DNA of 64,000 nt from an uncultured Thiotrichales bacterium (GTDB lineage: Bacteria > Pseudomonadota > Gammaproteobacteria > UBA4575), in the NCBI GenBank assembly GCA_964614915.1, contig CAZTNC010000002.1, forward strand, positions 32,575-96,574. The letters run 5' to 3'. The position numbers and the translations under genes are program-made. This document shows, piece by piece, positions 42,023-52,348 of this stretch (within the stretch, counting starts at the first letter, position 1; each line of letters starts with the position of its first letter). The notes under the pieces were generated by a model, which was not told where the DNA came from, made no database searches, and worked only from the letters and a program-made list of their open reading frames with translations.

Positions 42023-42826
42023 ATGAGTGTTCATCATCCCGCCAAAAGCATCACCCTGAAGCGCCTGCAGGCCATGAAGGCGCAAGGCGAGAAAATTGCC
42101 TGCCTGACAGCCTATGACGCGAGCTTTGCCGCAGTGCTGGATGAGGCAGGGGTTGATGTGATTCTGGTCGGTGACTCCCTGGGTATGGTCATTCAGGGCC
42201 GCGACAGTACGGTATCCGTGACTATGGACGACATGATCTACCACAGCCAGTGTGTCATTTCGGCAATCCGGCATGCTTTTGTGATCGCAGACATGCCCTT
42301 CATGACCTACACCAGCGTGCAGCAGGCCTTGGACAATGCGACCGACCTGATCCAGCTGGGGGGTGCCCAGATGGTCAAGCTGGAGGCCTCGGTCCGTCAG
42401 GCAAGCATCGTGCAGGAACTGAGCGAATGCGGGATCCCCGTGTGTGCGCACCTGGGGTTGCGCCCGCAGTATATTCACAAGCTTGGCGGATATTCCATGC
42501 AGGGCAACGACGAAAAAAGCTCAGATGACTTGCTGAGAAGTGCAGAAAGCCTGCAGGCCGCAGGTGCCGACATGCTTCTGCTCGAGTGCATACCTGAAAC
42601 GCTGGCCCGGCAGATCACAAGCAACAGCTCCATACCTGTCATCGGCATCGGTGCCGGGCAGGATTGCGACGGACAAATTCTGGTGCTGCACGATGTGCTG
42701 GGCATCACCCGGGGTGTTACGCCGAAATTCGCGAAAAATTTTCTTGCAGACACGCACGACATTCCATCGGCGATCCGCGCATACGTGGATGCTGTGAAAA
42801 GCAGCGCTTTTCCATCGAAATCCTGA
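42023..42826 (+). CDS. panB: Ketopantoate hydroxymethyltransferase
   Basis: LTAYDA, LVGDSLG, DMPF, VKLE, IGIGAG. Confidence 0.97.
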   Translation: MSVHHPAKSITLKRLQAMKAQGEKIACLTAYDASFAAVLDEAGVDVILVGDSLGMVIQGRDSTVSVTMDDMIYHSQCVISAIRHAFVIADMPFMTYTSVQQALDNATDLIQLGGAQMVKLEASVRQASIVQELSECGIPVCAHLGLRPQYIHKLGGYSMQGNDEKSSDDLLRSAESLQAAGADMLLLECIPETLARQITSNSSIPVIGIGAGQDCDGQILVLHDVLGITRGVTPKFAKNFLADTHDIPSAIRAYVDAVKSSAFPSKS

Positions 42827-42842
42827 TCGCACCAAAGGATCC

Positions 42843-43694
42843 ATGCAAACCGTTGCTACAGTGGCTGACCTGCGCCAGCAAATCTCCTTGTGGAAGACAC
42901 AGGGCGAGCGCGTTGTGCTGGTGCCCACCATGGGAAACCTGCACGAGGGGCACCTTGCACTGGTTCGGCATGCCGCCCGCTGTGGCAGCAAAATCGTGTG
43001 CAGCATTTTTGTCAACAGCCTGCAGTTTGACCGTCAGGAAGACCTGGCCGCCTACCCGAGGACTCCTGGTGAAGATCTGGATGCCTTGCGCCGTGAGAAT
43101 ACCGACCTGGTGTTCATGCCGGAACACGAAGAAGTCTACGCCGAGCGCTACCGCGTTCAAAAAAGCCTGCCTGTGAATCCACTGTACAGGCAACTGTGCG
43201 GGGAGTTTCGGCCGGGATTTTTTGATGGTGTCGCCGAGGTGGTGAGCCGGCTGTTTCACATGACAGACCCCGACGTGGCGGTATTCGGAGAGAAGGACTA
43301 TCAGCAGCTGCTCATCATCAAGCAGCTTGTGGAAGACCTGGGGCTGTCCATACAGATTGAGCAGGTGGCAACCCAGCGTGAGCATGATGGTCTGGCATTC
43401 AGTTCTCGCAATGCCTATCTTGACCCACAGGAGCGTGCCATGGCCCCGCGGCTGTACGCCGAGCTGGTCCGTGTAGGCGAGCGGCTCAAAGGTGGCCTGC
43501 GCACATTTTCGCATATGGAATCTCAGGCCGCTGAGCGACTGCTGCGGGCAGGATTCCATCCGGATTATGTCGCCATCAGGGATGCCGAAACGCTTGAGGG
43601 CGCCCGGGATGGAACCGCACACATGGTCGTTCTGGCGGCTGCCTGGCTCGGCAAGGCCCGGCTGATCGACAACATCCTGGTGCGGCCGGGGTGA
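42843..43694 (+). CDS. panC: Pantoate-beta-alanine ligase
   Basis: VPTMGNLHEGH, FGEKDYQQL, SSRN, RLIDN. Confidence 0.97.
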   Translation: MQTVATVADLRQQISLWKTQGERVVLVPTMGNLHEGHLALVRHAARCGSKIVCSIFVNSLQFDRQEDLAAYPRTPGEDLDALRRENTDLVFMPEHEEVYAERYRVQKSLPVNPLYRQLCGEFRPGFFDGVAEVVSRLFHMTDPDVAVFGEKDYQQLLIIKQLVEDLGLSIQIEQVATQREHDGLAFSSRNAYLDPQERAMAPRLYAELVRVGERLKGGLRTFSHMESQAAERLLRAGFHPDYVAIRDAETLEGARDGTAHMVVLAAAWLGKARLIDNILVRPG

Positions 43695-43790
43695 ATGAGC
43701 GGCCAGCTTTTCCTGCCCGTCGAGTTCTTTTGCACAGGCGGGATTTCGCCTTGCGGTAGTTGATGTACCGGCCGCACGGCAGAGAAGGCG

Positions 43791-45368
43791 ATGCGTAGAC
43801 CCCTTGAAAAACTGGCTTCCTACAGGGCGCTTCGCTCCCATGCACAGGAAATTGAGAAACGCACCTTGCGTGACTGGTTTGCACAGGATCCGTTGCGGTT
43901 TGAGACCTTTTCACTGGAACTGGAGCATTTCCTGTTTGATTTTTCCCGAAACAGTATCTGCGACAAAACGGTAGACAAGCTGCTCACCCTTTCTTCGGAA
44001 TGCGAAGTCGAGTCCTGGCGTGACAGGATGTTTGCCGGTGAACACATCAACCTGACGAAGGACCGGCCTGTCCAGCACACGGTACTCCGTGATCCAGATT
44101 CTGTGTCCGGTGAGCCGGGAAAGTCGCAAAACCGGATACTGGAACGCATGGAGGCACTTGCTGCAGAGATCCGTGAGCAGGGTTTCACGGATGTGGTCCA
44201 CCTGGGAACAGGCGGTTCTTTGCTAGGTCCCCGGCTGGTATGCGATGCGTTCAGTGATGATGCGCGGGCCGACCTGAACATGCATTTCGTAGCCAATGCG
44301 GATGCCAGGGAAATCAACAGGGTACTGACGGGGCGGGAAGCGGATAACACGCTTTTCATTATCGCGTCGAAAAGCTTTGCAACACCGGAAACCCTGGCCA
44401 ATGCGCAGGCCGCAAAAAACTGGCTCTTGCAGAATGGCCTCAAAGACCCAACGATTGCACGGCATTTTATTGCCGTGACCTCCAGGCCTGAACGGACCAG
44501 TGCATGGGGGATTCCAGAATCCCGGGTGCTGCCGGTTTGGGATTCGGTGGGCGGGCGTTTTTCAGTATGGTCCGCTGTCGGGCTCGGTATCGTGCTTTAC
44601 CTCGGCATGCCGGCATTCAGGCAACTGCTACAGGGTGCCAGGGAGATGGACCGCCATTTCATGACCGCACCTCCAAGGCAGAATGTGCCGCTGCTGCTCG
44701 CCTTGCTGGGCATATGGAATCTGCATTTCATGGGTACGGTTGTGCAGGTCGTCCTACCATACGATACGCGCTTGCGCTACCTGCCGGGATATCTGCAGCA
44801 ACTGGAGATGGAAAGCAACGGCAAGTCTGTGGACCGGGCCGGGCGCGCGCTAGGCGTACCGGATTCTGCGATCGTTTTCGGAGATATCGGCACGAATGCA
44901 CAGCACGGATTTTTCCAGTTTTTGCACCAGGGAAGCCATGTGGCGCACTGTGATTTCATCGGCGTTGTGCGGGCCGGGCACTCCAACCGCTCCCAGCATG
45001 AAATGCTGCTCTCCAACATGATTGCACAGGCCGGAGCTCTGATGCATGGCCAGACACTGGAAGAGGCCCAGGCCGAGGGCCAGACTGCGTATGCCGAGCA
45101 CAGGGTGCTTCCCGGCAACCGTACCAGCAACACGATTTTGCTCAAGGAGCTTACCCCGTACAGCCTGGGTCAGTTACTGGCCCTGTACGAGCACAAGGTG
45201 TTTGTCGAGGGCATCATCCTGAATATCAATTCGTTTGATCAGCCAGGCGTCGAACTGGGGAAGAACCTGGCCGCATGCCTGCTCGAGAGCCTGCGGGCCC
45301 CGGATTCAGAGCAGGGTCTCGACCCCACAACGCGTGCGTTACTGGATTACTACAGGAAACATGCCTGA
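43791..45368 (+). CDS. pgi: Glucose-6-phosphate isomerase
   Basis: GTGGSLLGP, SKSF, VGGRFSVWS, QQLEMESNGK, FDQPGVELGK. Confidence 0.95.
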   Translation: MRRPLEKLASYRALRSHAQEIEKRTLRDWFAQDPLRFETFSLELEHFLFDFSRNSICDKTVDKLLTLSSECEVESWRDRMFAGEHINLTKDRPVQHTVLRDPDSVSGEPGKSQNRILERMEALAAEIREQGFTDVVHLGTGGSLLGPRLVCDAFSDDARADLNMHFVANADAREINRVLTGREADNTLFIIASKSFATPETLANAQAAKNWLLQNGLKDPTIARHFIAVTSRPERTSAWGIPESRVLPVWDSVGGRFSVWSAVGLGIVLYLGMPAFRQLLQGAREMDRHFMTAPPRQNVPLLLALLGIWNLHFMGTVVQVVLPYDTRLRYLPGYLQQLEMESNGKSVDRAGRALGVPDSAIVFGDIGTNAQHGFFQFLHQGSHVAHCDFIGVVRAGHSNRSQHEMLLSNMIAQAGALMHGQTLEEAQAEGQTAYAEHRVLPGNRTSNTILLKELTPYSLGQLLALYEHKVFVEGIILNINSFDQPGVELGKNLAACLLESLRAPDSEQGLDPTTRALLDYYRKHA

Positions 45369-45398
45369 ATCCGGATCACCGCAGTCCTGGATTTCGCC

Positions 45399-46499
45399 TC
45401 ACCGGGCAGCATGCTGTTCCAGGGCCCAGGCGACGTGCTCGCGCACCAGGTCGCTCGAATGATGCTGTTTCGCTTTCAGCGCCTGGATGACCTCTGTGGA
45501 GGATTCGGCATTGCCCAAGGCCACAGCGAGATTCCTGAGCCAGCACTCATAACCGATTCTGCGGATTGCGGACCCTTGCGTCCTGCACAGGAAGTCATCT
45601 TCACTCCATGCGAACAGTTCGACGAGCTGCGGCGCATCCAGCCGGTGGCGTACCGCGAAGTCCGCCAGCGTGGCTTTTTCCCCGAAACGGTTCCACGGAC
45701 AAAATAGCTGACAGTCATCGCATCCGAAAATGCGGTTGCCGATGGCTTTGCGGAACTCGAGCGGGATGGTGCCCCTCAACTCGATCGTGTGATAGGAGAT
45801 GCAGCGCCTCGCATCCAGCTGGTAGGGGGAGATGATTGCCTGTGTGGGGCAAACCTCCATGCAGGTACTGCAGGTGCCGCAATGGTTTTGAGAAGGCGAA
45901 TCCACTGGCAGCGGCAGGTCCGTGTACAACTCCCCGAGGAAAAACCAGGAACCGGATGTACGGCTGATCAGGTTGGTATGCTTGCCAATCCAGCCCAGCC
46001 CGGCTTTCTCTGCAAGCGCTTTTTCAAGTACGGGCGCGCTGTCTGCAAACGCACGGTAGCCGAATGGCCCCACTTTCGTTGTGATGCGTTCGGCAAGCTT
46101 CTGGAGGCGCTTGCGGATCAACCGGTGATAGTCGCGGCCCAGGGCATACCTGGAGATGTACGCCAGGTTGCGGTTGGCCAGCACTTCGGTTTCATCCACG
46201 GCATCCGGAGGCTGGTAGTTCATGCGCACGGAGATGATGCGAACGGTGCCGGGCACCAGCGTTTCCGGTCGGGACCGCTTGTGGCCATGCTGGCTCATGT
46301 AACCCATCTCCCCGTGGAGTCCTGCATCCAGCCAGTTGATGAGGTGGGCTTCGTGCTCATCCAGTCGGGTGTCGGTGATCCCGACCTCATCAAACCCAAG
46401 ATCCCGGGCCCAGGTCCGGATGTCTTCGGCCAGGCCGGAGAAGTCTGAGAAAGGAGGGTTCATGCAGGGCTCGTCTTCATCTGCCATGATCGTGGGCAT
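45399..46499 (-). CDS. queG: Epoxyqueuosine reductase
   Basis: YALGRDYH, DSAPVLE, CGTCSTC...CPT, GCDDCQ..CPWN; start uncertain. Confidence 0.95.
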   Translation of the reverse strand: MPTIMADEDEPCMNPPFSDFSGLAEDIRTWARDLGFDEVGITDTRLDEHEAHLINWLDAGLHGEMGYMSQHGHKRSRPETLVPGTVRIISVRMNYQPPDAVDETEVLANRNLAYISRYALGRDYHRLIRKRLQKLAERITTKVGPFGYRAFADSAPVLEKALAEKAGLGWIGKHTNLISRTSGSWFFLGELYTDLPLPVDSPSQNHCGTCSTCMEVCPTQAIISPYQLDARRCISYHTIELRGTIPLEFRKAIGNRIFGCDDCQLFCPWNRFGEKATLADFAVRHRLDAPQLVELFAWSEDDFLCRTQGSAIRRIGYECWLRNLAVALGNAESSTEVIQALKAKQHHSSDLVREHVAWALEQHAAR

Positions 46500-46522
46500 C
46501 GTTAATTAAGTATAATTTATCG

Positions 46523-48010
46523 ATGTCTTTCATCCCTGGAAATATGTACCTGGTCAGGCAGGTCCGTGAAATGGACCGCATGGCGATCGATACATGCGGG
46601 ATTCCCGGCTACACGCTGATGCAGCGCGCGGGCCAGGCCGCCTTTGACCTGGTCCGGGCAAGCTGGCCGGATGCCGAGGATCTTGTGGTGGTCGCCGGGC
46701 CCGGGAACAATGGCGGAGACGGCTATGTCATAGCCCGCCTGGCCCGCGAGGCCGGGATGCGGGCACACGTCCTGCAGTCGGGCGATCACACCGGGCTCAC
46801 CGGCGATGCTGGGCATGCCCGCGACGAGTACCTGGAACATGGTGGTCAATGCGAGGCCTTTGCCGGGCAGCCGACACTTCCGGACTGCGATCTTGTCATC
46901 GATGCCTTGCTGGGTTCCGGGCTGACCCGGGCCGTAGAGGGGGAGTTTGCGGCTGCGATACAGGCCATGAATGCCCAGTCCGCTCCGGTCCTGAGCGTGG
47001 ATGTCCCCTCGGGACTCGATGCCGACCGCGGCATGGCCCTGGGAGAAGCAGTGCTTGCGAAGGCCACCATCACCTTTGTCGGCATGAAGCTGGGCTTGAT
47101 CACCGGGGCCGGGCGCCGTCATGCCGGCAGCATCTTTTTCGACGATTTGCAGATTCCGGATGAAGTGTCCCGGGCGATTCCGGCCTGCTGCCATCGAGTG
47201 ACCCTCGAAGGGTTGCGTGGGTTGCTCGGGGTGCGGCCTCCGGACGCCCACAAGGGCGATTTCGGGCATGTGCTCCTGGTCGGAGGCAATGCGGGCATGG
47301 CCGGGTCTGTGAGACTGGCGGCCCAGGCCGCCGCACGGGTCGGCAGCGGGCTTGTATCGGTGGCCACGGTGCCGCAGCATGCTGCCCAGATCAGTGCTTC
47401 CTGTCCCGAGGTGATGGTGCACGGCGTGCGCAATCGCCGGGAACTTGATGCGCTGGTCCGCCGCGCCACAGTCGTGGCAATCGGACCCGGGCTTGGTCAG
47501 GATTCGTGGGCCGGGGAGCTGTTTGCCAGGGTTCTGGAACTGGATCTCCCGACAGTCGTGGACGCCGATGCGCTGAATTTGCTTGCGCTCGACCCGGCGC
47601 ATAAGGAATCCTGGGTTCTTACCCCGCATCCGGGGGAAGCTGCCCGGCTATCAAAGACAGGTACCGGGGAAATCCAGCAAGACCGCCTTGAACGGGTACA
47701 GGCCTTGCAGAAGCAATACGGCGGCGTCTGCGTCCTGAAAGGCTGCGGCACGCTGGTGGCTGGAGGAGACCGGGTGTCCGTGTGTACGGATGGAAATCCC
47801 GGCATGGCCTCAGGCGGCATGGGGGATGTGCTGACAGGCATCATTGCAGGTCTCCTCGCACAAGGGCTGGAGTCGTACGATGCGGCACGTTTCGGCGTGC
47901 AACTGCATGCACAAAGTGCGGACATGGCAGCACGGCACGGACAGCGCGGTCTGCTGGCCAGCGATTTGTTTTTACCGCTGCGCACCCTTGTCAATGAGGC
48001 CGGTGACTGA
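46523..48010 (+). CDS. nnr: Bifunctional NAD(P)HX epimerase/dehydratase
   Basis: GPGNNGGDG, DALLG, HKGDFG, TPHPGE, GGMGDVL. Confidence 0.95.
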   Translation: MSFIPGNMYLVRQVREMDRMAIDTCGIPGYTLMQRAGQAAFDLVRASWPDAEDLVVVAGPGNNGGDGYVIARLAREAGMRAHVLQSGDHTGLTGDAGHARDEYLEHGGQCEAFAGQPTLPDCDLVIDALLGSGLTRAVEGEFAAAIQAMNAQSAPVLSVDVPSGLDADRGMALGEAVLAKATITFVGMKLGLITGAGRRHAGSIFFDDLQIPDEVSRAIPACCHRVTLEGLRGLLGVRPPDAHKGDFGHVLLVGGNAGMAGSVRLAAQAAARVGSGLVSVATVPQHAAQISASCPEVMVHGVRNRRELDALVRRATVVAIGPGLGQDSWAGELFARVLELDLPTVVDADALNLLALDPAHKESWVLTPHPGEAARLSKTGTGEIQQDRLERVQALQKQYGGVCVLKGCGTLVAGGDRVSVCTDGNPGMASGGMGDVLTGIIAGLLAQGLESYDAARFGVQLHAQSADMAARHGQRGLLASDLFLPLRTLVNEAGD

Positions 48011-48015
48011 TCGGC

Positions 48016-48459
48016 ATGTATCTGGAAGATGACACATCGACACTTGAGTTTGGTGCCAGCGTGGCCCATCTCAGCCATCCGCCACTGGTCATACACCTGC
48101 GTGGTGACCTGGGCACGGGCAAGACCACGTTCGCGCGCGGCTTCATTCGCGCCCTCGGGCATTCCGGCCGGGTAAAAAGCCCGACATTTTCCCTCCAGGA
48201 AAGCTATGTGCTTGAGCAGGCAACACTTTTTCACTTCGACCTGTACCGGATACAAGACCCCGGCGAGCTTGAGTTTATCGGCATTCGCGACGCCGCCGGC
48301 GAATCCGATAGCATCTGCCTGATCGAATGGCCGGAGCGCGGAGCGGGGGCGACTCCCAAGGCCGATGTCGAACTTGCATTCCAGTATGCCGGGGAGGGTC
48401 GCCAGGTCGATTTCCGTGGCAGCTCGCCCAAAGGTCGGTCAGTTATCCAGCTGTTGTAA
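48016..48459 (+). CDS. tsaE: tRNA t6A ATPase TsaE
   Basis: GDLGTGKT, VKSPTF, HFDLYR, LIEW. Confidence 0.95.
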   Translation: MYLEDDTSTLEFGASVAHLSHPPLVIHLRGDLGTGKTTFARGFIRALGHSGRVKSPTFSLQESYVLEQATLFHFDLYRIQDPGELEFIGIRDAAGESDSICLIEWPERGAGATPKADVELAFQYAGEGRQVDFRGSSPKGRSVIQLL

Positions 48460-48577
48460 GACAGGACTCTAACTTGGGCGGCTATGCTAATAATTCCATT
48501 ATAAAAATCACTTGTAGTCTCGTAAAATCTTTGCCACACTTTCACCATGGTTTTATAACCAGGGTTGTATTTTCTCA

Positions 48578-49948
48578 GTGCGACGGCAGACAGGCATGGT
48601 TTTGCAGGCGGGTCGGTTCGGTGCGGACATGCGCCGGGCAGGGGTCTGCGCGCTGCTGATCCTGTTTCTGTTCCCGGCGCTGACGGCAGCCGGGGCATCC
48701 AAAATCGAGGATGTCCGGATCGCAGATCGCGGCGACAGCACGCGCATCGTGTTTGACCTGTCTTCTCCTGTAAAACACAAGGTCTTCGTACTGTCGAACC
48801 CGCACCGGGTAGTCCTGGATATCGAGCGCTGCAAGGCGAACGGCAAGCTCAGTTCCGTCAAGACCAAAGGCACCCTGCTGAAAAGTCTGCGCTATGCCCA
48901 AAAGTCGCCTCAGAAGCTGCGCGTGGTGCTGGACATGCATACTGCAGTGGCACCGAAAAGCTGGCTGCTTGGCCCCTCCAGCGGAAAAGGGCACCGGCTG
49001 GTACTGGATCTGTCTTCAGAGGCAAAACGACCGGCTGCCAAGCCCGTACTCGCCATGCCGGATACTTCGCACAAAAGGCGGGATGCCATCATCGCCATCG
49101 ATGCCGGGCATGGCGGCAAGGACCCGGGGGCGATCGGGCGAAAGGGCACATACGAAAAGGTGATCGTGCTGTCCATTGCAAAACGGCTCAAAAACCTGAT
49201 TGACAAGGAAAGGGGCATGCGCGCCGTGATGATCCGCAACCGCGACACCTACGTACCCTTGCGAACGCGGATCAGTAAGGCGAGCCGGCTGAATGCGGAT
49301 ATGTTTATCTCCATCCATGCGGATGCGTCGGTGAACCGCAATGCACGGGGTTCGTCCGTGTACGTCTTGTCCCAGCGAGGCGCCACCAGCGAGGCGGCCC
49401 GGATCCTGGCACGGCGTGAAAACGCGGCGGACAAGATCGGCGGAGTCAGCCTGGATGACAAGGACAAGGTGCTCAAGTCAGTGCTGGTCGACCTGTCGCA
49501 GACGGCCACGATTGACGCCAGTATCGATCTGGCCGAAGATATCCTTTACGAGCTCGGTGCGATCGGGAATCTGTTGCACAACCGCGTGGAACAGGCTGGA
49601 TTCGCAGTGTTGAAATCGCCCGACATCCCTTCCGTGCTGGTGGAGACGGCCTTCATTTCCAACCCCCAGGAAGAGAAGCGTTTGCGAACCCGGGAACACC
49701 AGCAGAAGCTGGCAGTGGCCATTCTGAAAGGTATACGAAGGTACCTGAAGGACCACGCCCAAAGTGACATGCTCCTGGCGGCATCCGGCGGTGGCAGCCA
49801 GCATGTGATTCGAAGAGGCGAGACCCTGTCCACCATTGCCAATTACTACCAGGTCGGTGTCGGCGAACTGCGCAAGGCCAATGCCCTCAAGTCAGACAAG
49901 ATCCGGGCAGGGCAGGTGCTTAGAATCCCGGGGTCTACTGGAACCTAG
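48578..49948 (+). CDS. N-acetylmuramoyl-L-alanine amidase (AMIN + Amidase_3 + LysM), AmiB/AmiC-like
   Basis: IDAGHGGKDPGA, SIHAD, LVETAFISN, C-terminal LysM; real start probably further downstream. Confidence 0.92.
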   Translation: MRRQTGMVLQAGRFGADMRRAGVCALLILFLFPALTAAGASKIEDVRIADRGDSTRIVFDLSSPVKHKVFVLSNPHRVVLDIERCKANGKLSSVKTKGTLLKSLRYAQKSPQKLRVVLDMHTAVAPKSWLLGPSSGKGHRLVLDLSSEAKRPAAKPVLAMPDTSHKRRDAIIAIDAGHGGKDPGAIGRKGTYEKVIVLSIAKRLKNLIDKERGMRAVMIRNRDTYVPLRTRISKASRLNADMFISIHADASVNRNARGSSVYVLSQRGATSEAARILARRENAADKIGGVSLDDKDKVLKSVLVDLSQTATIDASIDLAEDILYELGAIGNLLHNRVEQAGFAVLKSPDIPSVLVETAFISNPQEEKRLRTREHQQKLAVAILKGIRRYLKDHAQSDMLLAASGGGSQHVIRRGETLSTIANYYQVGVGELRKANALKSDKIRAGQVLRIPGSTGT

Positions 49949-50031
49949 TCCAAATCTGGCAGCAGCCGGCGATACCCCGTTTTCATACTCTCAGGCAACC
50001 CGGGTGGGGCTTCCTTCGGGGCGTTTGCCGC

Positions 50032-51060
50032 TCAGGCCATGAACCTCGAATCCTGCGCTTTTTGCCACCAGGAAAAAAACACCTTTTCGGTGCTGGCATG
50101 GACGCTCGCTGCAATACGCTCGCTGAGGGTCTTGGGCACCGTGTAGTTGACCTCGTAGATATCCGCATCATGGCTGGCCTGCAGCAGGTAGTCATCGCTG
50201 GTTATCAGCGTGTCCACCAGGTTCAGTTCAAGGGCACGGCTCGCCAGCCAGTGTTCCCCGGTAGACACCTTGTCAATCTCAAGTCCAGGACGGTGGTCTT
50301 TGACGAACTCCTTGAACAGGGCGTGGGTGTCTTCAAGCTGGCGATTGAAATGTTCGCGGTCCTCATGGGTATTTTTGCCAAACATGGTCAGGGTGCGTTT
50401 CAGTTCGCCGGCTTTCATGAGTTCGAAATCGACACCGTGCTTGTCAAGCATGCGGTTGAAGTTGGGTATTTGTGCCAGCACACCAATCGAGCCGACCACG
50501 GCAAACGGGGCGGCAATGATCTTGTCGGCGACACAGGCCATCATGTATCCCCCGCTCGCGGCCACCTTGTCTATGGATACAGTAAGGGGGATGTCCTTTT
50601 GTTTGATGCGCAGCAACTGTGATGCGGCAAAACCGTGTTCATGCACCAGGCCGCCGGTGTTTTCCAGACAGACCAGCACCTCGTCCCTGCTGGTGGCCAC
50701 AGACAGGATCGCGGTAATCTCTTTGCGCAAATGGCGCACGGCTGTGGCGCGGATGTTGCCCAGAAAGTTCAGCACAAAAATGCGTTTGCGAGCTTCTGAA
50801 GACGTTTTCTTTTTTTCCTGGCGGGCTTCCTTTTTGCTTTGTTTTCGCGTTTTCCTAAATTCCTTCTTGGGCAGCAGGGAGGCCAGCAGGGTGTCCGCCA
50901 TGGATTTGTATTTCTTGTTCAGGTGCGTGATTTCCAGATGGTCAACCACACGTGATTTCTTGGACAAGGAAGACAGCAGGCTGATGACGATCCACACGAA
51001 GACCAATATGGTCAGTACCTTGGTTAGGAATAATCCATACTCTGAAATGAACTCAAGCAT
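50032..51060 (-). CDS. sohB: S49 peptidase SohB
   Basis: N-terminal TM; GGLVH, DKVAASGGYMMAC, GSIGV, KRTLT. Confidence 0.93.
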   Translation of the reverse strand: MLEFISEYGLFLTKVLTILVFVWIVISLLSSLSKKSRVVDHLEITHLNKKYKSMADTLLASLLPKKEFRKTRKQSKKEARQEKKKTSSEARKRIFVLNFLGNIRATAVRHLRKEITAILSVATSRDEVLVCLENTGGLVHEHGFAASQLLRIKQKDIPLTVSIDKVAASGGYMMACVADKIIAAPFAVVGSIGVLAQIPNFNRMLDKHGVDFELMKAGELKRTLTMFGKNTHEDREHFNRQLEDTHALFKEFVKDHRPGLEIDKVSTGEHWLASRALELNLVDTLITSDDYLLQASHDADIYEVNYTVPKTLSERIAASVHASTEKVFFSWWQKAQDSRFMA

Positions 51061-51079
51061 GTCGGATGCCTCTCGTTGG

Positions 51080-51919
51080 TTATGTATCGTAAATGCATTC
51101 GTAGCTGGCAAAAAACTGCCCGCAGCCATTGTCTGAAACCTCGTCCAGCAGCAGTGAACTCAGCCGAAGCCTGCAGTGTGTCAGCGTTTCCCCCTCCAGC
51201 AGGGTCCTGTACGTTTGTCCGCCAAGCACCTGATGCGAGACGCTGATGTACAGCGTGTCCAGTTGCCGGTCCTCGAGCATGGTGTGCAGCATCCTGGGCC
51301 CTGCGATCAGGTAGATGTTGCGGTATCCGCGCCGGGCAAGTGCATCGACCAGGGGTTTGCCCTGCACCGAGCCGGATTTTCCGGCAAGCAGGACTTCCAG
51401 CCCCTGTGCCTGCCAGTGCTTGTGTCGGGCAGGATCCGTGGCCTGCCCGGCTGCAACGTAAACCTTTTGCCCGCTTTCCTTCAGTGAAGGATGCAATGGA
51501 AATTCCAGGCTCGAACTTGCAATCACGACGTCCGGATGTTCACGTAGGCCCTGTTGCCTGCGCCAGACATGCAGATCCTCATACTCGGAGATGTTCGGCA
51601 GTTGCAGGATATTTCCAAGTTCGGATGCAGCGAGGCTTCTCATGTACTTGCCGTGCGTGATCAGACAATCTGCCTGCGCATGAAGTTCCAGAAACAGGCG
51701 GAAGTCCTCCCCGCTGGTGAGGGATTCGGGCAGGTGAAGTTTCGGGTTGGTCCGGGTCGTGGCAGCAATCCGGCCATCCAGGCTGGTCACGAAGTTGGCC
51801 GCCACGACCGGTTTTTCCCGGCTGGATTGTCGCCAGCCGAACTGCTGGAGGTAGACGTTCTTCAGGGTGCAGGCTGCCGAGGGCTGGGGAAAAAGCCGCA
51901 ACAGCTGTTTGGTACTCAT
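51080..51919 (-). CDS. RibD C-terminal/dihydrofolate-reductase-like protein
   Basis: ANFVTSLDGRIA, AQADC, GPRML motifs. Confidence 0.8.
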   Translation of the reverse strand: MSTKQLLRLFPQPSAACTLKNVYLQQFGWRQSSREKPVVAANFVTSLDGRIAATTRTNPKLHLPESLTSGEDFRLFLELHAQADCLITHGKYMRSLAASELGNILQLPNISEYEDLHVWRRQQGLREHPDVVIASSSLEFPLHPSLKESGQKVYVAAGQATDPARHKHWQAQGLEVLLAGKSGSVQGKPLVDALARRGYRNIYLIAGPRMLHTMLEDRQLDTLYISVSHQVLGGQTYRTLLEGETLTHCRLRLSSLLLDEVSDNGCGQFFASYECIYDT

Positions 51920-51982
51920 TGTTAAATGATATAGGTATGTGCCGGATCGTGTATTATCCTAGCATGCCAACCTTCTGGACCC

Positions 51983-52348
51983 ATGCGAAAACCGAATATT
52001 TGCAGAGCCATTCCAAAGCAGCGTTACAAGCTTGGGGAGTACACGATCGTTGTGCTCGAAGACATTGAGAGTGAGGACGGGATCGAGTACGAATATCTGC
52101 TAGCCGCCGTCAAAGACGGGCATCACGAGCCCGAGGTGTACATCAGTTGTGAAAAGTCGCGGAAGGAATCAGCGACTGACAGCCACGCAGTCCGCGTGTT
52201 TGCTGCCCGCCTGGGAGACCAGGCATCTGGACAGATCATCGAGCACTCCGAGCGGTGGTCCAGCCAGGATGCGTTTGTGGCCTATGCCCTTTCAGGGTTT
52301 CAGCAAATGCTGCAATTGCAGGACGAAAATCCTGTTCCGATAACATGA
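51983..52348 (+). CDS. Hypothetical protein (121 aa)
   Basis: Stop overlaps the mutL start (ATGA); host-like codon usage. Confidence 0.7.
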   Translation: MRKPNICRAIPKQRYKLGEYTIVVLEDIESEDGIEYEYLLAAVKDGHHEPEVYISCEKSRKESATDSHAVRVFAARLGDQASGQIIEHSERWSSQDAFVAYALSGFQQMLQLQDENPVPIT

